Both the position numbers and the translations under genes were made by a program. A stretch of DNA of 64,000 nucleotides from Hydrurus foetidus (lineage: Eukaryota), in the NCBI GenBank assembly GCA_900617105.1, contig UYFQ01000098.1, forward strand, positions 1 through 64,000, given 5' to 3'. Positions within the stretch are counted from its first letter, which is position 1, and each line of letters starts with the position of its first letter. The notes beneath the pieces were generated by a model. It was not told the origin of the DNA. It saw only the letters and a list, made by a program, of their open reading frames with translations, and searched no databases. Positions 44,301 through 64,000 of the stretch are shown here, piece after piece.

Positions 44301-44665
44301 TATCGCAGCTAATAAACTGACGGATGTAAAAAGAAAAGCAATTGAAGCGGCCAGAATTACCCCTAAAATGCCCCTTTTTAATCCCGTAAATGTGGGTTCT
44401 CGTCATAACGTACATGCCCCCGGACCCCCCGTACAAAACATGCGGCCCGTAGGGAAACAACAATTGGCACCACCACCACCCCCTCTGTTTGTCTCACCGC
44501 ACCAACAACACTATCCACCACACCTACAATTACAACTATCACAACAGCAACAACTATCACAACAACAACAACTATCACAACAGCAACAACTATCACAACA
44601 ACAACAACATCACAACAACAACAACTATCACAACAACAACAACTATCACAACAACAACAACAACA

Positions 44666-44696
<31 letters not shown>

Positions 44697-45007
44697 TATC
44701 ACAACAACAACAACTATCACAACAACAACAACTATCACAACAACAGCAACAACTATCACAACAGCAACAACAACAACAACAACTATCACAGCAACAACAG
44801 CTATCACAACAACAACAACAGCTATCACAACAGCAACAACAACAGCTATCACAACAACAACAACTGTCAGGAAGAAATCAACACCCACCTGAATTTCATC
44901 GGTCGGGTCCGGGGAAGGCACTTTTACCCCCTCCGCCCCTCCCCCCAAGAATTCAGAATCTGACCCAGTATCCACCCCAACCCCACCCTCCCAATCAGAG
45001 GTGGTAA
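38354..45007 (+). CDS. Virilizer/VIRMA-like large helical protein with Q/P-rich tail; 3 exons; apparent frameshifts in the polyQ repeat
   Basis: Exons 38354-39199, 39303-39534 and 39628-end join in frame. N-terminal IIEGIHVVP...GKTRP...PFNLMI...DHLRFHGDFEIITVIIHG resembles VIR_N (VRVIP..GETSP..FQL..TDGLVLRGWYNCLTLAIYG). About 2100 aa, Leu/Ala-rich. Confidence 0.6.
44530..44865 (+). repeat. Coding (CAA)n-CTATCA repeat encoding (LSQQQQ)n
   Basis: Tandem CAACTATCACAACAACAA units. Confidence 0.93.
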
Positions 45008-45599
45008 TAATTTTAAACACGGGTACCAGGAACTTTGAATTCGGAAATTTGGATTTTTCCATGGTGAAGTGCTGAAGGATTCTTTTTTATTAACTGTAAT
45101 TATTTTTAAATATTAAAATCCATTCTGCTCATTTCTACATGATGTACGGTAGCCTGATACATTGCACAGAACAGATCAGAGATTTTTATAGTATAGATAG
45201 ATCGCCCTGTAGTATTGATATGTCTGATATCATATTCTCAGCACAGAAATTTCATCTGTCCTCTATCCCATCTCACGAACTCAGCACAGCACAGAGAGAT
45301 GACCCTCTAAATGCAGTATGTGCCCTACGCGTAGCAGCCATACAAAAGTTCAAAATGTGAACGATAGAACACGAAAAAATGTGGATCTTGGGTCAGATTC
45401 CAGAGTAGCGACGATACCCCTCCTTTCCCACGCGTAAAAATCGGCGTCAAACGAATCTCCGCAAATAGTATTCAAAGTGAGTAGTTTTAGGTTAAAGGGG
45501 AAAAAAATATGCACACAGGAAAGTTCACTTCAACCAAATGACGCTCCTTCATCAAGAAATCGGAGAAGAAAAGATAAAAAGGCCGGGGAAAGTTCCCGC

Positions 45600-47564
45600 C
45601 TAAATGGCCGTGCCTCTCTCCAGATTTTGCCGTATCTCCACGGTATATTTATCGAACGATCTTTTGATCTTTTTGTTGAATGCCTCGTTCTTGTCATTGA
45701 TAAAGTCCACGTCGTTGCTGCGGTAACAAAGAAGAAAAATAGGAAGTGAAAAAAAAAGATAGACAGATAAAAAAAGGGGAAAGAAAAAAAGACAGAAGAA
45801 AAGATCAACAAAATATCGCAGTCTGGATGGAATAAGCAGCAGAGAGTGGCTTATTGACTGTCATATAGTTGGACAGAGTACAGGGCACAGTCAATGTTCC
45901 TTCCATAAAAAAGGAGTAAGATTTTATGAAGACAGCAAACAACTTCATAAACGACATTGACAAATAAATAGGACAATGTAGCCAGTCGTAAAAAAGGACA
46001 TACCTCTCAGCCGTCATTCTGCGCCGGGACAATTTCTTCCTGTCTTCCTGATGATCCACAATATCTTTACTAAGTCTTTCCTTGCCAGCAGCTGATACAG
46101 CGGCACCCTGACCGTACAACATCCCTTTGGAAAGCTGTTCTTCTCTTCCCACTAGAGCACCACCGCCAGTCGCACGAGAAGATGAGGAACTGGATGGCAA
46201 TTTTGACAATTGCTTCTTGTACGACTTATAAGTCGCGTCACTGCATTGCGCCTAGTAAAGTATCAGAGAACATTCTTAGGTATAAAATAACAGAAGAGGA
46301 AAGTATCGATGTCGATTAAGCTGAATAGAAGGTACAGAAGTCGTCTGCACTTACCTGCAATCCAAAAGTTGCCATGTTTTTCTCCTTCACCAAAGCTTTC
46401 TCCCGCATTCTCTCAGCCGCCTCAGCCGTAATGAGCATTACCGGATCATCCCCGGCCACTCCCCCTCCGCCTCCCACGAGGTCCCGGTCCTCAGTTCCGC
46501 CCTCTCCTATCTCCCTTCCTTGATTCACCTTCGTTCTTTCTTTCTTCAACTCCTCTTGTTTTTCGTAATAGCGCTGCTTGGACTCGAATTTTGGATCAGC
46601 AAATCGTTTATACTCATTTTCCACTTCTTTTTTATTCACTTTTCTGCCTTGGTTCATTCTCATGCGTATCTTGAACAGTCTCTTCTGAATATCCGTCATT
46701 CCCTCCGTTGCTGCGGCCTCATCAATCGGAATCTCATCCTCTTCAACGACTTCAACAGGTTGCAACTCCTTGACTTCTTCTGCCTCATCCTCACTGTCCT
46801 CCTTGGCTAGGTCACCTTTGCTACTAGAAGCATTCCCATCGTTGACTTGTCCGCATCGCATCGCCTCAGCGGCTGATGTGACCTCTGAAACACTAACTCC
46901 TACTGCTTCTCCACTGACAGCTTTTGACTCCAACGGCACTACATCTCCATCACCTGATAGTTAGAAAATTGATCTAATGTCACTCTGTTCTACAAATTTT
47001 GCTTAGGAGAGATAAATCAAGTGTAGTACCTAATTGTCCGCACGCATCTATGGTTACATCTTGCTTTGGTCGATCAGTCTTATCTGTTGCAACGCTTTCG
47101 ATGACCTTCAGAACATTCATCCCATCGATAACTTGTCCGAACACAACATGTCTCCCATCCAGATGAGGTGTCGCCTTGAACGTTAGGAAAAATTGACTTC
47201 CATTGGTGTTTGGCCCAGAATTCGCCATCGAGAGCATGCCAGGTGAAGTATGCTTGCGAATGAAGTTTTCATCCCGAAACTTTGCGCCGTAGATGCTTTC
47301 ACCTCCAGTTCCATCTCCTTTCGTGAAATCTCCTCCTTGAGCCATAAATCCCCCTATGACGCGATGAAATTTGCATCCTTCAATTGTCAGTTGCCTGTTA
47401 CTCAAGGCAGAAGTTCCTCTCTCCCCAGTGCAAAGAGCTCTGAAATTCTCTGCTGTCTTTGGTGTTGTGTCGGAGAAAAGTTCTATTGATAAACGTCCCA
47501 CACTTCTTCTTCCAATACTAATATCCAAATAAACTGTCGGATTCTTGCTTTTGCTACCCGTCAT
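45600..47564 (-). CDS. Cyclophilin PPIase fused to SYF2 splicing-factor domain; 4 exons
   Basis: Exon 1 (47564-47030) is a full cyclophilin ([50 protein letters not shown]). Exons 46953-46355, 46251-46004 and ~45717-45600 end in SRRR...[37 protein letters not shown], the SYF2 signature. Confidence 0.92.
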
Positions 47565-48399
47565 GATGCACAATTGAGACTGTAAGGTGATTCAGATTCT
47601 ACCTTTGCCAGGAGTCGTCAGAGTCTAGATGATGGATGGTAGATGATAGATGATAGGAGTGAGGACTGCGAAGAATTGACAGCGAGTTTGGAGGTTAGAG
47701 GAGAAATCGTTTGCACGCTTTGACGGTTTTCACTTTTCACTTTCGAAGTTCGAGTTTGTGGCATGAATTTCGAGATTTTTTTAATAATTTATTGAGTGGA
47801 AGAACTTTACACTTTACCGTGACGTAAACTGTGATGCCACTAACTTCTCTGCGAAAGTCAATACAGAACGTCAAATTACTTAAATCAATTGTAAGAAGGC
47901 CTCTCCAGAGAATTCAACTATGACTGTGAGCATCGTTGACTTCGTCGAAATCGGAAACCGCTTTGCTCCCACTTGTTCCCCTGTTTGTAATGTAATAGAA
48001 ATTAACCGCTTCTATTTGATCATGAGACAAATTTTTCTGGATACGTCCAGAAATGCGATGCAAGAAAGTCCAATGAAAGAGTAAAAACTGATAACGGAGG
48101 AATTGATCATTCGTAGCAAATTTGAATAAAAGTGCCAGATTTTGGGTCCCTTCTTTCTCTTTTCCTTGTTCTGTGATTAATATCTCCCGCTGGAAGTAGT
48201 CACGTTTTCCACTCAATTTTTTTACGATTTTTTTTAATTTATTCCCTATCTGTATTTAGAAGGGTGGAGGAGTACTCCTTCCTACATCCCCTTTCATTTC
48301 CGGAAAAACCGTACACTACTGATTAAAGATTTATTTGGCATCGCTTTCAATTGAAGATCTTGTGCTATCATAAGAAATTGAGAAATTTCAAATTTTAAT

Positions 48400-48523
48400 T
48401 ATCACCGAGACAGAATAAAGTGTCCGAAACAGAGAATGAAAACAGGTTTGAGCACTATTGAAATCACCGTTTCAATCTAATATTCGTGTATATTCTCGAA
48501 CATTTTATTCTATCTCGGTGATA
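48400..48523. mobile_element. MITE family C copy, intergenic
   Basis: TIRs TATCACCGAGACAGAATAAAGTGTCCGA / TCGAACATTTTATTCTATCTCGGTGATA; interior nearly identical to 5647-5735. Confidence 0.85.
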
Positions 48524-49088
48524 CCCTTGTAACCGAGTCTTACTGATCGTACCCAAACCTTCAAGAATTCGATCACCGTGTTGCATAACTCACTCCCGAA
48601 AATCTGAATCGTGTAGACGACACAGATCGCAGAACTTTTCTAGGTAAGCAAAAAAAAATCTGTTTATATTTTGCGATATTTAGTACGGTTTCTTTCAAAA
48701 GTAGACCCATTGAACAGAATGTCTAAATATGATTCCTCACATGCTGCTGCTTTAAAATCAGAAAAGAGGTACAAACGAACTGTGAACAAATTTGAGGAGG
48801 TCAAAGTTTAAGCAGTTTTAAGACAGGACAAATTAGTGTGTGATTCTGTACGGTCAGAAGGGATCTGTACAATTGTGTAAATCAAATTCGTACAATGATT
48901 CAAATAGACAATTACATACTTATTTCCATATCAAATGAGATTCGTTTGTAAGCAAGACTTTTGGAAAAATAGGTGCGTGCTTTTTATCACAAAACAAAAT
49001 TAAATGAGATTATATCATTTTGCGAATAATACGAGATGATATGATTATATTAGATGGCATACTTTGAATTAGATGCCAAATAAGAGGA

Positions 49089-51382
49089 TTAGATGTAGAG
49101 TGCCGCAGGAGGAGAGTTTAATCCGTAACCCTTCATCCCTGACACCTCCATCATAAGTCTTTCTCTCTCACTGATGCCTTGCTCGATTTCAACGCCGCTA
49201 ACCGCTCTGATGAGAACGTCACTACGCCTGTCTTCTGTATTGGAGGCTAAGGAAGCCATCAGTAGACGGGATGATATGGAGTGGTTCAAGGAACTCGCCT
49301 GTCTTCTTCTCCTCACCCAGTCTCTGTAACTGAACCAAAACAGAGACATGATACTGCACACCATCACGAGGTTGACAACACTCCACTGTCCTCTACTGCA
49401 GTGCGATTTTGTCAGAGGGCTCTTGGCAGAGTGGCACGTGCCCGAAGCCCACATAGCTAGAGGGTATTGAAGCAATCCTACAAAGCCGCCACACACAAAC
49501 ATCAACCCAGCCAGTACACCGAAATACTTAAATCCCATCGTATCAGCTAAATAGGCGAAGAGAAAGGTGAATAAACAAGTTCTGAATAGCGTGTAAAATA
49601 TAAAAGAAGGGAGTAGGGACTCCTTTGAATCGTACAGTAACAAAAGGGACCAAATTAAGCCGAATGATACCGTGACTGCCGAAGTCACCGGGAACCCCTT
49701 ACTGTCCATTAAGTACCCCACAAGAGGAATGGCAAATACACCCAGTGTCATTATAAGTGTGAAGTATCTCCCGTACAGACGTTCTTCGTACGCACTAAGA
49801 AGGAGTTTGCTATCTCCAAGTTGAATGTCGATGGTGCCTGTGATAAGTACGTACGTAAGTGTGAGAGTGCGTGTTAGAACGGATCAAAGTCTAAATTGAT
49901 AAATGGCAGAATGGTGAGATAGTACAAGAATGCATTCGTAGATGTCGAGTAGAAGTGAGTCACTCCAGCACTTGTAGAATAACACTCAATTGAAGTTGAA
50001 ATTGACGGGTTGATAACTTTAAGTACATCACTACTGTGCATGTGCAAGAAAATGTCAAAGTGTTACGCGGTGTTTCCTCACATACATGCATGCATGTGCT
50101 GAACACAATTTGGCTAAAAAAAAGAAATACATATACAGTAAAGAAGACAGAATAAACTTGCAGAAAGGATCTATTAAATTTTCAAGTGCTGAAGTAAAGT
50201 AAAAATAATCCATACCTATTATGAAATTCGCCCAAAAAGAAGAGATGACAAAAAAAGCGGTCAACTGCATGAACGTGTTGGACGTTATTTGTTCCTTTAA
50301 AGTCATATCTTTCAAAGGGGGATGTGACAGGGGATAGGACATTGCTGATGATTGAGTGGAAGGTTGCGCAGCCAGTGGGCTCTTTTGATCTATTGAATTC
50401 AAATCGATATTGCTTTTGGATGATACTCTAGCGAAGCCACTAGGACCAACTTTTTTAATTGGAGAAATTTTGTCGATATGAATCATTCTCGACGGAAGAC
50501 GAATCAATCCACCGCTAGGCTCCTGCATAACGATAATTCAAATTTAAGGTTATACGCAACACGAAATACGAAATACGGATTTTTCTTTGACGAACTCACA
50601 ATACATATACGAACGATAATATCGATTTAGCTAAAAACTAAGAAGTGTATCGTAGACAAACAATCATAAGCGATCATCCCTCGACATCAATAATGTGAAA
50701 ATTTTCTACATGCAAGCTATGATCGATGGCAGTGCAAGGATTGCAGGAATTCACATACCACAACTGCTGTTGGCTCCTCGTAAGTGTACGGCTCATCAGG
50801 CCAGAAAAGGAGAGAAAGAATCGTATTGCATAAACTGACAACACCGTAGCCCATGAACAGTGTCTGGTAGTCATACTTATAGAAATGCCAGAGCTGATCG
50901 AAAACCAAGAAGATGATGAAAGAGAGCTGAAATGAACCTGTGATGAATGCTGTAGCAGTTCCTTTCTTCCCTGGAAACAAATTACATAAATGAACAATGG
51001 CACTCTGCACGCCCGGACCTCCAAATGCAATCATTGATAGAGCGGGTATAAACATTGGGAAATTCGGTACGTTGCTAACGGCGAATAGGATACATCCACA
51101 TGATATAAAAAGCATAGATGTCACCGAACAAACTCTGGGGCCGTATGAGTCTAGTATTGCGCCCAGTAGAAGGGGTCCAAGAAAGCTGAAGAACGAGGCT
51201 GTAACGAACATAATATGAATGTAGTCATGGCCAAGACCAGGACCTCCATCGGTGGGTGTGGCAAGCAACAATGAACCACTAATCGATGCCCATCCAAATA
51301 GAATACCACCAGCAGTAATATTCTGAAAACATCCTATAACAATATTCGCCACACGAAATGCGTCAGAGTACTGAGGTGGCAT
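49089..51382 (-). CDS. MFS transporter, SLC43/LAT3 (FMP42-like) family; 3 exons
   Basis: AGGILFGWAS in TM1, MFS motif A GAILDSYGPR, NLFP, second-half GYLMDSKG and GFKYFGVLAG. Introns ~50523-50758 and ~49838-50215 are GT-AG and in frame. Confidence 0.85.
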
Positions 51383-52067
51383 CCTGTTACTCTCAGTAAC
51401 TCACTCTAGATGGCTACGAAAGTGTCCACTCAGTGGATGTTACCTCCACACTCCACACTTCACACTCAACACTACACACCACAGTTCAAGCTTCAAGCCT
51501 CAAGCTCTCCTCTCGGACTGGCGACTGGTGCTGGCTGGGAAACTGCCGAAACGTCAAAACCCAACACGATGTGTATTGTGTATTCATCTGTCGCATACGA
51601 AATACAATTTAATTTACGAAAAAGTGTACCGTTCACATGACGATAGTTTGATGTACTTCGAGTTGCGTATGCCAGGACAATAGATATCGGGAATCTCACA
51701 AGAAGCGTAAGCAACACTGCTTGCAAACATAGCGCTGTTAAAGTTCAACATACTCACCGTGCAGCTCTCATCGTAGGTTGTGTAAAATACAACAGATCAC
51801 TGAAGAGTTCTGCAAGAACGAAGAATTAATCGTTGCAGTCTGTACGTTACCACAACCACACATAGCCCATGGAATACTGTGGCCAATATGATGCGCAATT
51901 CAATTTGTTTCACAATTAGGACGATTAGCGCCATCGAGAGGAGATCCAGTAGCTCCCACTCAACGCTTCCTCATCGCATCGAAGATTGTCAAGTGATTGC
52001 GGTACGATGAACGGAAAAAAATGGTGCTCTCTCAGTAGATTTATTTAGTACGATTTACATGAACTAA

Positions 52068-52152
52068 ACAGAACAGAACAGAACAGAACAGAACAGAACA
52101 GAACAGAACAGAACAGAACAGAACAGAACAGAACAGAACAGAACAGAACAGA
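52068..52152. repeat. (CAGAA)n microsatellite
   Basis: Direct tandem repeat. Confidence 0.95.
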
Positions 52153-52623
52153 ATCCCCCACTTTAAATTGCAATATTGAATCAGAATTCTACTTGCCCTT
52201 CCATCACAACACCCCACCCATGAACATGAAAATGAATGATTCGTGATTTGTAACATGCAGCACCGTATTCTGACCAGCGCAGTGCAGCACATAGCACGTT
52301 GATTAAGATTAACTTGACCTGACCTGACTGACTTCTCGAATCATCGGGACAATATACCGTGCACGCCGTACATGAGATAACGTGACATTCTACGTTACGT
52401 ACACATACTCCAGCGTTCGTTCTGAAATTTTACATTTCCTTGCAATTTAACTGTATGTAATAAGTTGTGCTCTGAGCAGCACCTCAGGGTGGACATACAA
52501 AGACTTCCACTTGACTTCACTCACGATGGGATGGCGAACACACGACGTTAGGATCAGATTGCACCGGATAATACCGGAATGGACCGGATTGCACCGTAAA
52601 CTTCTTACTTTACAGTTTACAAT

Positions 52624-63070
<10,447 letters not shown>

Positions 63071-63692
63071 TCTTTATCAAATTAACGATTTCTACCCGCA
63101 GTAGATCTCAATTTCTTCGATTGTGACACGATTATAGATCCTCTCCAAAACTCGGCTGCAGAGGTGCTCAGTTATGATCCTTTTGTCGAGCTTCCACTAA
63201 ACTAGTTACATTAGAGAGAGGCAACAATCGAGAGAGAGAAGAATATTACGAGATCGAATCGAAACGGTTTCAGAAGGGGGTCCCAAAGGGGATGTTACGG
63301 GAGCGCCCGTCCAATTCCTACCTCACAGCTGTAAATTGTAAATTTCAGAAGTCAAGTGTCAAGTGCTCTTTTCCTCGTCATAAACTATTTTTCGTTGAAG
63401 CGAATCCTTGAAACTGATGGACGCGATCTTCTAAAGATTTTGTCAAGTTCAAGAAAGTATCTCATTTGATGGGGAAAGAATGTTCGAAACTCTTCAGAGA
63501 GAGAAAGGATTTGTAGACTGATATCCGTCCAATTTTGAATTCGAATCAATGAGCAATCACACCGTGTAATAAGCGGACGAAAAACTAGAGAATTTCTGTT
63601 GTCCGAAAAGCAAAGATAATTCTATTGGAGTTGTTAATAACATCAAAGAAGATCTTTGATTAATTTCAACTCAATTTCATTCGATGAAGTCA

Positions 63693-64000
63693 TTACGAAG
63701 TTTCTCTCAATCCAGCGGCTTGGTGCAATGAAGCCCAAGCCAACATCGGATCATCCCGGGCTATTCCCCCTCCTCCGGTGTAATCATCCGCACCACTAAT
63801 ATCCATAGTACTCCTCATACTACTCTCACTATCAAACGTTCCCTCCCTTTGCGCACGTACTTTATCCAGCCGTATGGTACGTGCCGCGACAACATCAACT
63901 TCAAGTTGGACCAAAGAATCTCTCAGTAAGGCGTGGAGCACTTCCGCTCTTTCCGTTGCCATTTTAGCAGCTGCCAGTATAACGGAAGCTTTTACAGCCA
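63693..64000 (-). CDS. 3' end of an unidentified protein-coding gene running off the right edge
   Basis: The frame of ORF 63693-63962 stays open to the window edge (..AVKASVILAAAKMATERAEV..) and has coding-like composition. Confidence 0.55.
   Translation of the reverse strand, partial: AVKASVILAAAKMATERAEVLHALLRDSLVQLEVDVVAARTIRLDKVRAQREGTFDSESSMRSTMDISGADDYTGGGGIARDDPMLAWASLHQAAGLRETS

Noticed and set aside
34841..44500. Alternative genetic code or stop readthrough
   Set aside because: Long ORFs and spliced models translate cleanly with the standard code; apparent stops fall in introns.
44378..45062. Antisense poly-Cys/poly-Val ORFs
   Set aside because: Reverse-frame shadows of the CAA repeat.

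Overview
Intron-rich eukaryotic nuclear DNA, most likely from a flagellated, plastid-bearing stramenopile such as a chrysophyte-like ochrophyte. This is inferred from two genes with signal-peptide + Phe bipartite plastid leaders and from the motile-flagellum genes CCDC39 and IQCH. About 13 protein genes were reconstructed by hand: HID1 (3' end off-window), a PrxQ/BCP-like protein lacking its catalytic Cys, a small secreted Cys-rich protein missed by the ORF track, the ferredoxin-thioredoxin reductase variable chain, TMEM164, a kinesin-14 apparently fused to an N-terminal NudE/NDEL1-like coiled coil, CPSF2, IQCH, a Virilizer-like protein, a cyclophilin-SYF2 fusion, an SLC43-like MFS transporter, CCDC39 and the 3' end of an unknown gene. 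Introns carry microsatellites, very long sense-strand pyrimidine tracts and most of the roughly eight families of short inverted-repeat elements (MITEs) seen. The most striking observation is the NudE-kinesin-14 chimera. All homology calls are from recognition of motifs by eye; no searches were run.
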